From assembly GCA_017482465.1 (NCBI GenBank), contig JAFUMW010000018.1, forward strand, positions 663 to 64,662: 64,000 nucleotides of DNA, read 5' to 3'. Shown piece after piece: positions 10,029 to 19,588 of this stretch (position 1 is the first letter of the stretch; each line of letters starts with the position of its first letter). A model generated the notes under the pieces. That model saw nothing but the letters and a program-made list of their open reading frames with translations, did no database searches and had not been told where the DNA came from. The stretch is from Clostridia bacterium. GTDB taxonomy: Bacteria > Bacillota > Clostridia > Oscillospirales > CAG-272. A program made the position numbers and the translations under genes.

Positions 10029-10691
10029 TTATCTTTTTTTCTCCGCATCGAAGCGATTGGTCAAAAAATCAGGGACAAGCCTGCCGCCCGATAGCTCGGC
10101 GATACGGCGCTTTACGCTCTCTCTTATATCGTTTTTGACCGCAAACTGCAGTGTTACCTTGTCGGTAAAATCACATTTATCGATTATTGCCGAGACGGTT
10201 TCCAGCTCAAATGATATCTTGTTGTACTCCCCGTAATCGCAGGACAGAGTAAATACCGAATACTCCTCATAGGTGACGATGTGAGCGGCTTCGAGCGCGA
10301 TACCGGCTGCTGCGGCGTATGCTCTTACAAGTCCGCCTGCACCTAAAAGTATGCCTCCGAAATATCTTGTTACCACGACAGCACAGTCGTCACATCCGCT
10401 TTTCTTTATTACTTCGAGCACGGGAGGGCCTGCTGTTCCCTGAGGCTCATTGTCATCGCTGTAGCGCGCCATTGCGCCCGAACGCAGATAATATGCGTAA
10501 ACATTGTGTGTTGCATCCGCGTGCTTTTCTTTTATCTTTTTTATGAACTCCAGCGCTTCCTCATCTGTTTTTACAGGCTTTGCGTGGCCGATAAATACAG
10601 ACTTTCTTTCTATAAGCTCGGCGCTCGCTTCGCGTTCTAAGGTCGTGTATTTTTTTACACCGGGATCAGCCGGCTTTTCATTTACAGCCAT
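10029..10691 (-). CDS. YigZ/IMPACT-family protein (UPF0029)
   Basis: ERKSVFIGHA, ATHNVYAY, DDNEPQGTAG.P, VVTRYFGGILLGAGGLVRAY. Its start overlaps the hflX stop by 10 nt. Confidence 0.8.
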   Translation of the reverse strand: MAVNEKPADPGVKKYTTLEREASAELIERKSVFIGHAKPVKTDEEALEFIKKIKEKHADATHNVYAYYLRSGAMARYSDDNEPQGTAGPPVLEVIKKSGCDDCAVVVTRYFGGILLGAGGLVRAYAAAAGIALEAAHIVTYEEYSVFTLSCDYGEYNKISFELETVSAIIDKCDFTDKVTLQFAVKNDIRESVKRRIAELSGGRLVPDFLTNRFDAEKKR

Positions 10692-11980
10692 TCTTCGTCC
10701 TCATTGTTTTTCGCAGGCTTGTCAGCCATGAATTCTTCGAACATACCGCGCGCCTTGGCGTCGGCCACTGCGCTTACGGTAACATTTTCAGCACCGTACT
10801 CAACCTCTGTGACCGTCATATGCTCATACATTCTTGAAAGAATACCCTGTTTTGCGTTGGGGATGATGAAAATTTCGTTTGATTTACCCTCGTGAATGAT
10901 CTCTTCGAGGCGCTTTACAAGAGCCTCAAGACCCATTCCCGTCTTTGCGGAAACAAAAAGGGTGTTGTTTTTGCCGCTTGTCGATATATCAAGCGCGGTA
11001 TCAAGTCCGTCGCACTTGTTAAATACAAAGAGCGTCGGCTTGCCGTCAGCACCCAACTCATGTAACAGCTTTTCACAAACCTCGGTCTTTTCTTCCTGTT
11101 CGGGGTCGGTTGCGTCAATAAGAATGATTATGATATCGGCGAACACTGCCTCGTCAAGAGTTGATTTGAATGCTTTTATAAGATGATGCGGAAGACGCCT
11201 GATAAAACCGACCGTATCGGTGAGCAGGATTTCGTCGCCGCAGGGAAGAGTGTACTTGCGTGTAGTAGGGTCAAGTGTGGCAAACAGCTTGTTTTCGGCA
11301 AGTATTCCCGCACCTGTAAGAGTATTCAAAAGCGTAGACTTTCCCGCATTAGTGTAACCGACGATCGCGATCTTTTTGATGCCCGAGCGTTCGCGTGCTT
11401 TTCTTTGAGTAAGCCTGCTCTTGTCAAGCTCGCGTATTTCGTATTCGAGCTGTTCCATTCTTCTTTTGAGGTGTCGGCGGTCGCTTTCAAGCTTGGACTC
11501 GCCCGGACCTCGTGTACCTATACCGCCTCCGAGACGTGACATCTCGCTTCCCTTGCCTGTAAGTCTGGGAGCAGTGTACTTTAACTGAGCAAGCTCCACC
11601 TGGAGCTTACCCTCGCCTGTTACGGCGTGTTTTGCGAAAATGTCAAGTATCAGCATCGACCGGTCGATAACGCGTGCGCTGTCAACCTCTTTTTCTATAT
11701 TTCTTATCTGTGCCGGGGAAAGCTCGTTGTCAAATATAACTACGTCTATGTTATTGTTGCGGCAAAGCTCCCCGAGCTCGGCAAGCTTACCGCTGCCAAA
11801 GCAGGTGCGCGGATCGGGACTTGATTTAGCCTGTACTACTCTTGCAAAAACCTCTCCGCCCGCAGTATCCAGCAGACTTTCAAGTTCATCCAGCGAGCGC
11901 TCGCACTCACCGTCCTCCATCTCGGGCAGATTTATTGCCGCAAGAACGGCTTTTTCGAATACAGTTTCATTTAATTCCAT
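10682..11980 (-). CDS. hflX: GTPase HflX
   Basis: HflX N-domain (QVELAQLKYTAPRL) and G-domain motifs GYTNAGKST, DTVGF, NKCD. The start was set at ATG 11980 (AGGAGC RBS) because the track's longer ORF runs through the rpmE terminator. Confidence 0.9.
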   Translation of the reverse strand: MELNETVFEKAVLAAINLPEMEDGECERSLDELESLLDTAGGEVFARVVQAKSSPDPRTCFGSGKLAELGELCRNNNIDVVIFDNELSPAQIRNIEKEVDSARVIDRSMLILDIFAKHAVTGEGKLQVELAQLKYTAPRLTGKGSEMSRLGGGIGTRGPGESKLESDRRHLKRRMEQLEYEIRELDKSRLTQRKARERSGIKKIAIVGYTNAGKSTLLNTLTGAGILAENKLFATLDPTTRKYTLPCGDEILLTDTVGFIRRLPHHLIKAFKSTLDEAVFADIIIILIDATDPEQEEKTEVCEKLLHELGADGKPTLFVFNKCDGLDTALDISTSGKNNTLFVSAKTGMGLEALVKRLEEIIHEGKSNEIFIIPNAKQGILSRMYEHMTVTEVEYGAENVTVSAVADAKARGMFEEFMADKPAKNNEDEEWL

Positions 11981-12030
11981 AATTGATGCTCCTTTCTCCG
12001 GGGCAAAAAGGATAAAAACGTTCAAGGTGA

Positions 12031-12082
12031 GACAAAACACAAATGGTGGGCACACGCGTTTAGACGCAGTTTGCCCACCATT
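12031..12082 (-). terminator. Intrinsic terminator of rpmE
   Basis: On the minus strand, AATGGTGGGCA ... TGCCCACCATT (11-bp stem) is followed by TTGTGTTTTGTC. Confidence 0.75.
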
Positions 12083-12120
12083 TTGTTGTGTCGTTTCCTA
12101 AAGCGGATAGCGCAAGCCTA

Positions 12121-12327
12121 TTACTTGGCAGCCTTGTTACGACGCTGATTGAATTTATCAACACGTCCGCCGCTGTCTACGAATTTCTGCTTGCCTGTGA
12201 AAAAGGGATGGCACTTGGAGCAGATATCAACTCGCATATCGCCCTTGGTAGACTTAGTTACGACAGTTTCGCCGCATGCGCATCTTACCGTAACTTCTTC
12301 ATACTTAGGATGAATTCCTTCCTTCAT
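12121..12327 (-). CDS. rpmE: 50S ribosomal protein L31
   Basis: [20 protein letters not shown]...[13 protein letters not shown] is canonical Zn-binding-type L31. Start set at Met13 of the track ORF (GAGGTG RBS). Confidence 0.95.
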   Translation of the reverse strand: MKEGIHPKYEEVTVRCACGETVVTKSTKGDMRVDICSKCHPFFTGKQKFVDSGGRVDKFNQRRNKAAK

Positions 12328-12366
12328 TATTAACACCTCACTGTATACGTATTCACAATGCACTTT

Positions 12367-12395
12367 AGTATATCACAAAAAATATGATTTTGCAA
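12367..12395 (-). promoter_or_regulatory. Putative sigma-A promoter for rpmE
   Basis: On the minus strand, TTGCAA (12390-12395), 17-nt spacer, TGaTATACT (-10 at 12367-12372). TTGCAAAATC occurs twice in tandem. Confidence 0.5.
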
Positions 12396-12443
12396 GAGAT
12401 TTTGCAAAAAAAATTATAATTTTTCTGATTTTTTTAAAAAATA

Positions 12444-13160
12444 TCAGTATTTTGCCTCTAATTTGTCCTTAAGATCTGCGATTATACGCTTTTCAAGGCG
12501 CGAAATATATGACTGAGAGATGCCGAGCATGTCGGCGACCTCCTTTTGTGTACGCTCCTTTGCGCCGTTCAGTCCGAATCTTAAGGAGATTATCACACGC
12601 TCACGTTCGGTAAGCTCGAAAAGAGCGCGTCTTATAATGCGCTTGTCCTCTTCGATCTCTAAGTCTGAGAATACACTGTCGCTGTCACTGCACAGAATAT
12701 CTGAGAGCAGAAGCTCGTTTCCGTCCCAATCGACGCTCAGCGGCTCGTCTATCGACATTTCGGTGCGAAGCTGAGAGTTTTTGCGTATGAACATGAGTAT
12801 CTCATTTTCGATACATCTCGAGGCGTATGTTGCAAGCTTTATGTTTTTGTCGGCTTTGAAGGTGTTTATCGCTTTTATCAGTCCGATCGTACCTATAGAA
12901 ATGAGATCCTCGATGCCGATGCCGGTGCTTTCGAATTTTTTTGCAATAAAAACGACCAGCCTGAGATTGTGCTCTATAAGCGTCTGCCGTGCATTTTCAG
13001 GGTCATGTGCGAGTTGTTCTATAACGTCGCATTCTTCGCATGCGCTCAGAGGCGGCGGAAGTGTCTCTGAGCCGTTTATGTAGTTTACAGAGTGCGATAC
13101 CCTGAATTTTTCTATAAGACTGAATAGGCGCGCAAAAAGAGAAAAGCCTGTTTTGTTCAT
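12444..13160 (-). CDS. sigE: Sporulation sigma factor SigE (pro-sigma-E)
   Basis: YINGSETLPPPLS follows an N-terminal pro-sequence. HNLRLVVFIAKKFESTGIGIEDLISIGTIGLIKAINTF, KLATYASRCIENEILM and DWDGNELLLSDIL closely track B. subtilis SigE. Sits immediately downstream of spoIIGA. Confidence 0.9.
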   Translation of the reverse strand: MNKTGFSLFARLFSLIEKFRVSHSVNYINGSETLPPPLSACEECDVIEQLAHDPENARQTLIEHNLRLVVFIAKKFESTGIGIEDLISIGTIGLIKAINTFKADKNIKLATYASRCIENEILMFIRKNSQLRTEMSIDEPLSVDWDGNELLLSDILCSDSDSVFSDLEIEEDKRIIRRALFELTERERVIISLRFGLNGAKERTQKEVADMLGISQSYISRLEKRIIADLKDKLEAKY

Positions 13161-13179
13161 AACCGTATCCTTTCGTTTG

Positions 13180-14013
13180 TTATATTAGTGATGCCGGAAC
13201 GATAGCAAATCGGCGGGAGATGCCGTCATTGCTTTTGTCAATGGCAATTATAGCGTCAAGCTCCCGTACATTTTTGTCACTTATCATTATTTTGTCCGGT
13301 ATCACTCCGAGCATGATGCTTTTTCCGCATACAGTGGATGCGGGCAGTAACCTCAGACGTCTGTGTATTCTGTCTGTACCGATACTGTTCAGATCAGGAT
13401 CGGTATCGAGAATGTCGCTTGGTAACAGCGCACTTAGATAACGCGCGCTTACAATCACAGCGGGCTTGCCGCTTATCGGCTCTCTCAAAAAATTACCGCT
13501 GTCGCAAAAATAAGGGATGATTGCACGTTTTCCGTCGATCTCAAGCGTCAGCTCTCCGTGCGAGGTGCTTTTGCTTGATGTGACCAGTCTTTCAAAGACG
13601 AGTGCGGCAACTGTCACCGCAAACGAAAGAAGGATGAACACAGCTGTTGAAATATCGTTTTGCTGTTGCAGTTCTATACCGGCACGATTGAAAAATGAGT
13701 ATATCAGTGTAAGCGAACCGCCGATCGTTATTCCCGAGGCGAAAAGGCAGGTACACATTTTTATGTATCCGAAAAAGCTGTATGCCTTGAACGCAACGGC
13801 GCACATCAAAAAGGTGGAAGCTATTTCTACAAGCGCGACGGTCGGCGTTTTCGAAAAAAATACGGTGATGATACCCGCAAGCGCGCCCAGAGCAGCAGCG
13901 GACAGCATTTTTACGGCAGAGCTTTTAAGCTTCATTATTTTTGACGTCAGGATAAGTGAAAACCAATTAAGGCTGAGATTGACCAAAAATAAAATATCGG
14001 CGTAAACTGTCAC
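13180..14013 (-). CDS. spoIIGA: Sigma-E processing peptidase SpoIIGA
   Basis: Polytopic N-terminus (VYADILFLVNLSLNWF..) and a C-terminal aspartic-protease-like region with the CDSGN motif. GTG start with an AAAGGGG RBS. Operon partner of sigE. Confidence 0.85.
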   Translation of the reverse strand: MTVYADILFLVNLSLNWFSLILTSKIMKLKSSAVKMLSAAALGALAGIITVFFSKTPTVALVEIASTFLMCAVAFKAYSFFGYIKMCTCLFASGITIGGSLTLIYSFFNRAGIELQQQNDISTAVFILLSFAVTVAALVFERLVTSSKSTSHGELTLEIDGKRAIIPYFCDSGNFLREPISGKPAVIVSARYLSALLPSDILDTDPDLNSIGTDRIHRRLRLLPASTVCGKSIMLGVIPDKIMISDKNVRELDAIIAIDKSNDGISRRFAIVPASLI

Positions 14014-14109
14014 TTTTTTATCCCCTTTCTGCCGTTACCTAATTATATAACGGATAAAAGGAGAAAAAAGTCGTAAATTTACACCGATATTAAAATTATA
14101 TGGTTCTGT

Positions 14110-15018
14110 TTATTTAACGCCTACATTTTCACCGTCCGAAACAAAAACGATGTTTCCGTCATAGTCTGTGCGATACCATTCTATGCCAAGCTCGTCAAAT
14201 AAAGTACGTGTTTCTTTGTGAGGATGACCGTAGTTGTTGTCAAGCGCACATGATACCGCCGCGTATCTCGGAGCTACTGCCAAAACAAAGTCTTCACAGC
14301 TTGAAGTCGACGAGCCATGATGTCCGGCTTTGAGAACGTCGCATTTAAGAAAATCACTGTCAAACTTATCAAGTATCTCCTGCTCGGATAATGTTTCTGC
14401 GTCACCTGTGAGCATAAAGGAAGTGTTTTCATATTCGACCTTGAGCACGATACTGAAGTCGTTTGTTTCATCATAATCATTGCCCGCGGGAGCGAGTACT
14501 GTGAAATCGAGTTTTCCGAGGCTGAAATTATCTCCGCGCTCGGGCACGGTAACGCCGAGCCCTTTTTCTTCCATAGCATCAAGCACATTTTCAAACGCCT
14601 TTGTGGTCGCGGTGCAATCGGGCATAAGTACTGTGTCGATATCAAATGTATCTATAACGAGATCCGCGCCGCCGATATGATCCTCGTGCGGATGTGTAAG
14701 CACGAAACAATCAAGCCTGTCAACACCTGCGGAGTTTAGGTAGGATATGAGCTCGTCCTCGGCGGAATTAGGGCCTGCATCAACGAGAATGTTGTACTCA
14801 CCGCTCTGCAAAAGGATACTGTCACCTTGACCGACATCAATAACGTGCATCAGCGCACCGGTTTCGGTGACCGCGGCAAAAGAAGAGTCATCGGACTGAC
14901 CGAATATGCCGTAGTTTGCGAGAGTAGAGCGGAATTCGGGTGAAAATATGTAGAATAAAATGAGTATTATTATAAATACAGCTATTGATACAAGATTTAT
15001 TTTGTTTTTTCTTCTCAT
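14110..15018 (-). CDS. Membrane-anchored MBL-fold metallo-hydrolase (ComEC C-terminal-domain-like)
   Basis: N-terminal TM helix, then DVGQGDSILL and LTHPHEDHIGG (HxHxDH) and KAGHHGS, as in the ComEC/Rec2 beta-lactamase-like domain. Confidence 0.7.
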   Translation of the reverse strand: MRRKNKINLVSIAVFIIILILFYIFSPEFRSTLANYGIFGQSDDSSFAAVTETGALMHVIDVGQGDSILLQSGEYNILVDAGPNSAEDELISYLNSAGVDRLDCFVLTHPHEDHIGGADLVIDTFDIDTVLMPDCTATTKAFENVLDAMEEKGLGVTVPERGDNFSLGKLDFTVLAPAGNDYDETNDFSIVLKVEYENTSFMLTGDAETLSEQEILDKFDSDFLKCDVLKAGHHGSSTSSCEDFVLAVAPRYAAVSCALDNNYGHPHKETRTLFDELGIEWYRTDYDGNIVFVSDGENVGVK

Positions 15019-15145
15019 TAAGTGCCTCCGTTGTTACTGTTTAATACAGTATACCATAAAAACACCGAAAATGAAAGTATGGGACGTGATTTTCTTTTAT
15101 AATGAAGAAAATTTTGCGTAAGGGTATAATATTTGCGTAAAATTA

Positions 15146-15175
15146 TTGACATTGGGTACGAATGTTTGATATAAT
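15146..15175 (+). promoter_or_regulatory. Putative sigma-A promoter for alaS
   Basis: TTGACA (15146-15151), 18-nt spacer, extended -10 TGaTATAAT (TATAAT at 15170-15175). The leader is only about 70 nt. Confidence 0.6.
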
Positions 15176-15249
15176 ACAATAATGGAGAAAAATGTGTAAA
15201 ACGTGGTGCGCGGATAAGCGCCGCGTACTGTGAAAGGAATGATAAAATT

Positions 15250-17880
15250 ATGAAATGGACAGGCCTTAATGAGCTTCGTGAAAAGTATCTGTCGTTTTTC
15301 GAATCAAAGGATCATCTCAGACTTCCCAGTTACCCTCTTGTGCCGATAAACGATAAGTCGCTTCTTCTCATAAACTCGGGTATGGCTCCGATGAAAAAAT
15401 TCTTTACAGGTGAGGTTGAGCCTCCGCGCAAGAGAGTCACCACCTGTCAGAAGTGTATACGAACTCCCGATCTTGAAAGAGTAGGACACACCGCACGCCA
15501 CGGTACTTACTTTGAAATGCTCGGTAACTTCAGCTTCGGCGATTATTTCAAGGATGAGGCTATAGCGTGGTCGTGGGAGTTTCTCACAAAAACGCTTGAG
15601 ATACCCGGCGATCTTCTCTGGCCGTCGATCTATGAAAACGACGAGGAAGCGTATAAGATATGGACAAAGGATATCGGCGTTCCTGCTGAGCATGTTGTAA
15701 GACTCGGCAAGGAGGATAACTTCTGGGAGCACGGAACAGGTCCTTGCGGACCTTGCTCGGAGATATATTTTGATCGCGGAGAAAAGCGCGGTTGCGGTTC
15801 TCCCGACTGTAAGCCCGGATGCGACTGCGACAGATTTATGGAAATATGGAATAATGTTTTCTCGCAGTTCAATAATGACGGTAACGGCAATTATACCGAG
15901 CTTGCACAGAAGAATATAGATACAGGTATGGGTCTTGAGCGTCTTGCTTGCGTAATGCAGGATGTTGATAACATGTTCGAGGTCGATACTATCAGAAAGA
16001 TACTTGACGCTGTTTGTGCTATCGCAAACAAGACCTACGGCGATGAAGCTAAGGATGATATTTCCATCCGTGTTATTACCGACCATATCAGAAGCGCCAC
16101 CTTTATGATCTCGGACGGAGTTATACCCTCAAACGAGGGTCGCGGATACGTTCTCAGGCGTATTTTGAGACGTGCGAGCCGTCACGGTAAGCTTTTGGGT
16201 ATCGACAGAATGTTCCTGCCCGAGCTTTGCAAGGTGGTTATCGGAGAAAACAAGGCGGGATACCCCGAGCTTGAAGAAAAAATGGACTATATCCTCAAGG
16301 TCATCTCCATTGAAGAGGAGCGCTTCAATGCTACTATCGACTCGGGTCTTTCGATCCTCAACGGTATCATCGAAAAGGCAAAGGCTGACGGTGTAAAGAC
16401 CGTTTCGGGCGAGGATGCGTTCAAGCTTTACGATACATTCGGCTTCCCGATAGACCTTACACGTGAGATACTCGAGGAAAACGGTCTTGAAACAAACGAG
16501 GAAGAATTCAAAAAGCTCATGGCAGATCAGCGCGACCGCGCGAGAAGCGCAAGAGCTAACATAAGCGGCTGGAGCGATCAGTCAAAGACTCTTCTCACAG
16601 GCTTTGCCAAGACAGAGTTTACCGGATACACCGAAACCGTTACCACGGCAAAGGTGATCGGTATCATCGGAGACGATGAGGCACGCGACAGCATATCCGA
16701 GGGTGAGTTTACGCTCATTCTTGATAAGACACCTTTCTACGGAGAGGGCGGCGGTCAGGTCGGTGACACAGGTGTTATCGTAGGTGAGAACCTGAGCATA
16801 GAGGTTACCGATACAAAGAAGTCGGACGGTGTGTATATCCACATCTGTAATCTTGTAAGCGGAACGGTAAAGATCGGAGACACTGTAAGCGCTCAGATCA
16901 ACGCGGAAAGACGTGACGCCATCAAGCGTAACCATTCTGCGGCGCATCTTCTCCAGGCGGCGCTCAGACAGGTTCTCGGTACACACGTTGAGCAGGCAGG
17001 CTCGTATGTTGATGCAGAGAGAGTAAGATTTGACTTTACTCATTTTGCGGCACTTACTGCAGATGAGATCAAGCAGGTAGAAAAGCTTGTAAATACTCAT
17101 ATTCTTGCCGGAGAGGCTGTAGTAACGGCAGAGACCGATATCGACAGTGCGCGCAAGATGGGTGCTATGGCGCTGTTCGGAGAAAAGTACGGAAGCGTTG
17201 TAAGAGTTGTAAAGATGGGAGAATTCTCCACAGAGCTTTGCGGAGGAACGCATCTTGACAACACGGGCAAGGCAGGTCTTTTCAAGATCATCGCCGAAAG
17301 CTCGGTAGCGGCAGGCGTTCGCCGTATCGAGGGTATAACCGGTACAGGTGTGCTTGATTATATAAGCGAAAAGGATACACTTATAGCTGATACTGCAAAA
17401 GAGCTTAAGGTATCAAAGATCGGTGATATCGCACTTCATGCTGCTCACCTTCAGGATGAGCTCAAGCATTTAAAGAGCGAGATCGAAAGTCTCAATTCCA
17501 AGATCGCGGCATCCAAGACTGCCGACATCATGAGCGGAGCAAAAGCGGTAGGCTCTGTACGAATAGTTACGGCGATGACCGACGCTATGGCACCCGATGC
17601 GGCGAGAAGCGTATGCGATGACCTCAAAGCAAATAATCCCGATATCGTAGTTGTTATCGGAACAAGCTTTGAGGGCAAGCTTAATTTTGTTGCGGCGTGC
17701 GGTAAGGACGCAGTTGCGGCAGGCGCTCACGCCGGTAAGCTTCTTTCGCAGATAAGCGCGATCGCAGGCGGCAAGGGCGGCGGACGTCCGGACAACGCAA
17801 TGTCCGGCGCGGCGGATGCATCGAAGATGAACGATGCTCTCGAGGCGGCTGCTGATGTGCTTGCGGGTCTGGTAAAGTAA
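15250..17880 (+). CDS. alaS: Alanine--tRNA ligase
   Basis: 876 aa. FFESKDH..PS.PLVP, GMAPMK, NFWE..GPCGPCSEI, editing-domain HSAAHLL and C-terminal DHHA1-like region. Confidence 0.97.
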   Translation: MKWTGLNELREKYLSFFESKDHLRLPSYPLVPINDKSLLLINSGMAPMKKFFTGEVEPPRKRVTTCQKCIRTPDLERVGHTARHGTYFEMLGNFSFGDYFKDEAIAWSWEFLTKTLEIPGDLLWPSIYENDEEAYKIWTKDIGVPAEHVVRLGKEDNFWEHGTGPCGPCSEIYFDRGEKRGCGSPDCKPGCDCDRFMEIWNNVFSQFNNDGNGNYTELAQKNIDTGMGLERLACVMQDVDNMFEVDTIRKILDAVCAIANKTYGDEAKDDISIRVITDHIRSATFMISDGVIPSNEGRGYVLRRILRRASRHGKLLGIDRMFLPELCKVVIGENKAGYPELEEKMDYILKVISIEEERFNATIDSGLSILNGIIEKAKADGVKTVSGEDAFKLYDTFGFPIDLTREILEENGLETNEEEFKKLMADQRDRARSARANISGWSDQSKTLLTGFAKTEFTGYTETVTTAKVIGIIGDDEARDSISEGEFTLILDKTPFYGEGGGQVGDTGVIVGENLSIEVTDTKKSDGVYIHICNLVSGTVKIGDTVSAQINAERRDAIKRNHSAAHLLQAALRQVLGTHVEQAGSYVDAERVRFDFTHFAALTADEIKQVEKLVNTHILAGEAVVTAETDIDSARKMGAMALFGEKYGSVVRVVKMGEFSTELCGGTHLDNTGKAGLFKIIAESSVAAGVRRIEGITGTGVLDYISEKDTLIADTAKELKVSKIGDIALHAAHLQDELKHLKSEIESLNSKIAASKTADIMSGAKAVGSVRIVTAMTDAMAPDAARSVCDDLKANNPDIVVVIGTSFEGKLNFVAACGKDAVAAGAHAGKLLSQISAIAGGKGGGRPDNAMSGAADASKMNDALEAAADVLAGLVK

Positions 17881-17934
17881 GAGTAAGCAGTGTGTGTGAA
17901 ATTTTGCTCGTACACTGATATTATGGAATATACG

Positions 17935-17975
17935 GGTTGCCCCCTGTCTGTGTGGACAAGGGGCAACCGTTTTTT
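17935..17975 (+). terminator. Intrinsic terminator of alaS
   Basis: GGTTGCCCCT ... AGGGGCAACC (10-bp GC-rich stem) followed by GTTTTTT. Confidence 0.8.
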
Positions 17976-18185
17976 ATCTGAAAATATCATACCCGAAATT
18001 CCCCAAACATGAGAAGGAGAGGGGCTTTTATGCTTCTTGCCACACCCAAAACGCTTTCGCAGATCACATATGAATGAGTTTTTTCTCTCAAAGCTGTTTT
18101 AACTATGCCTTTAAGCGAACAACGGGATGCACTCCCAAGCAATAAACAAAAAGGTATACAGGCGTTATGAAAAATCAAACGAAAA

Positions 18186-18220
18186 TGAATGAAGGAGCGC
18201 ATAAGGCGCTCCTTCATTCG
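18186..18220 (-). terminator. Intrinsic terminator of the CDF transporter gene (overlaps its stop codon)
   Basis: On the minus strand, GAATGAAGGAGCGC-cttat-GCGCTCCTTCATTC is followed by ATTTTCGTTTGATTTTT. Confidence 0.6.
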
Positions 18221-19419
18221 GATATATTCTGATGTAAGATTGAAGTTGTATAATTCCTGTCTACGTTTATTACTGTGTTATATTCGGGTGAGATTTTTTT
18301 GAGCTCACTTTCTATCATATCACATATGATCCGGCTGTCGGTCTTGCAGGAATTATTTATGAGAATATCAAAAATCAGATTTGTGTGAGTCTGACCGAAT
18401 ACTACTCTGAAGTCGTGCATCGATATCGGCTCGTGAAGTCTGTGAGTAAGCTCGGCGATGATCTCGCTTGTTGCTTTTTTTAACTCGGTCACGCGGGGAT
18501 CGTCGGTAACAACAGGGTCAATGTGTATAACAAGCTGTATTCCCTCATTACGCAAAAAATCAAATTCGATATTGTCAATGATATCGTGGCTTTTGAGAAT
18601 ATCCTCGCTTGCAGGTACTTCACAGTGGACCGAGGCGAAGCAACGACTCTTTCCGTAATTGTGTATTATAAGGTCGTGTATTCCGAGAACGCCGTCATAG
18701 GACATTATTTTTTCGCTTATTGCATTTATAAGCTCGTCGTCCGGTGCTGAACCGAGAATAGGGTCGGCAGTTTCGATTATAAGCTTTATTCCCGAATAGA
18801 TTATGAAAATGGCGATGAGCAGTCCAAGATATCCGTCGATGTTTATTTCAAACAAGCGCGAAACTACAGCTCCGGCTAAAACCGCGCAGGTCGAGATGAC
18901 ATCATTACGGCTGTCTGCGGCTGTCGCAATAAGCGAGCTTGACTCAATATGTTTGCCAACCGATTTGTAAAATGACGCCTGCCACAGCTTTACAAGTACA
19001 GCGATCACAAGAATTATTATTGAAGCAATGCTGTATTCGGTCACGGTATTTTCGATTATCGCCGAGATCGAGTCCTTGAAAAACTGCACGCCGAGAACGG
19101 CTATGATAAGCGAAACGATGAAACCGCTCAGATATTCTATGCGCGCGTGTCCGTACGGGTGTTCGTCGTCTGCCGGCTTTTCCGAAAGCTTAAAGCCGAT
19201 AAGCGTTATTACCGCAGAACCCGCGTCGGTGATGTTGTTGACAGCGTCAGCCATTATAGATATGCTTGATGACGCGATGCCGATGATAAGCTTTACAACA
19301 AAAAGAAGAATGTTAGAAGCTATACCGATAATTCCGGCGGCTTTTCCGCATTTTTGTCTGACCGATGCAGTATTGTCATCAATGTTTTTAACAAACAGGG
19401 ACAGAAATTTCAGATTCAA
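18214..19419 (-). CDS. Cation diffusion facilitator (CDF) family transporter
   Basis: Six predicted TM segments with MADAVNNITD and a HPYGHARIEY-type motif, plus a cytoplasmic C-terminal domain (HDLIIHNYG...HID). Confidence 0.8.
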   Translation of the reverse strand: MNLKFLSLFVKNIDDNTASVRQKCGKAAGIIGIASNILLFVVKLIIGIASSSISIMADAVNNITDAGSAVITLIGFKLSEKPADDEHPYGHARIEYLSGFIVSLIIAVLGVQFFKDSISAIIENTVTEYSIASIIILVIAVLVKLWQASFYKSVGKHIESSSLIATAADSRNDVISTCAVLAGAVVSRLFEINIDGYLGLLIAIFIIYSGIKLIIETADPILGSAPDDELINAISEKIMSYDGVLGIHDLIIHNYGKSRCFASVHCEVPASEDILKSHDIIDNIEFDFLRNEGIQLVIHIDPVVTDDPRVTELKKATSEIIAELTHRLHEPISMHDFRVVFGQTHTNLIFDILINNSCKTDSRIICDMIESELKKISPEYNTVINVDRNYTTSILHQNISE

Positions 19420-19588
19420 TTTTGATCACCTCAAAGAATATTCTATTACTATTATTATACGGGGGAAACGCTTTTAGGCGTTTCCCCCGCTAATTTTGAT
19501 ATATACTTAATGCGAAAGTGCAAACAAGCACTTTTGCACGGTGATTGCTTTTAAGCTATATATATCTATAAATCCCTGGCCGAGAAAA

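Noticed and set aside
11981-12055. N-terminal extensions offered by the ORF track for hflX, and likewise for the GDPD gene (4017-4049), the GHMP kinase (26907-27014), dut (29930-30007), maf (29482-29535), S8-B (52473-52577), the PRT gene (44281-44415) and the PHP gene (62526-62618)
   Set aside because: The extensions run through terminator hairpins, promoters or the neighbouring gene. They lack SD sequences and are not part of the conserved protein families. Internal ATGs with good SDs were used instead.
15019-15249. A T-box leader upstream of alaS
   Set aside because: The predicted promoter at 15146-15175 leaves only about 70 nt of leader, far too short for a T-box. No specifier/T-box sequence or terminator hairpin is visible.
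17987-18217. 76-aa minus-strand ORF, and a 13-codon plus-strand ORF with a GAAGGAGAGG RBS, between the alaS and CDF terminators
   Set aside because: There is no conserved motif. The 76-aa ORF overlaps the CDF terminator and has no SD. The 13-codon ORF is too short to support. The region may be a decayed remnant, but nothing can be called.
19461-19540. Two hairpins (GGGGGAAACGC/GCGTTTCCCCC and GCAAAAGTGC/GCACTTTCGC) between rny and the CDF gene, considered as a possible small RNA
   Set aside because: They are most simply rny transcription terminators or processing stems, although U-tracts are poor. Nothing else supports an independent RNA gene, so they are not called as features.
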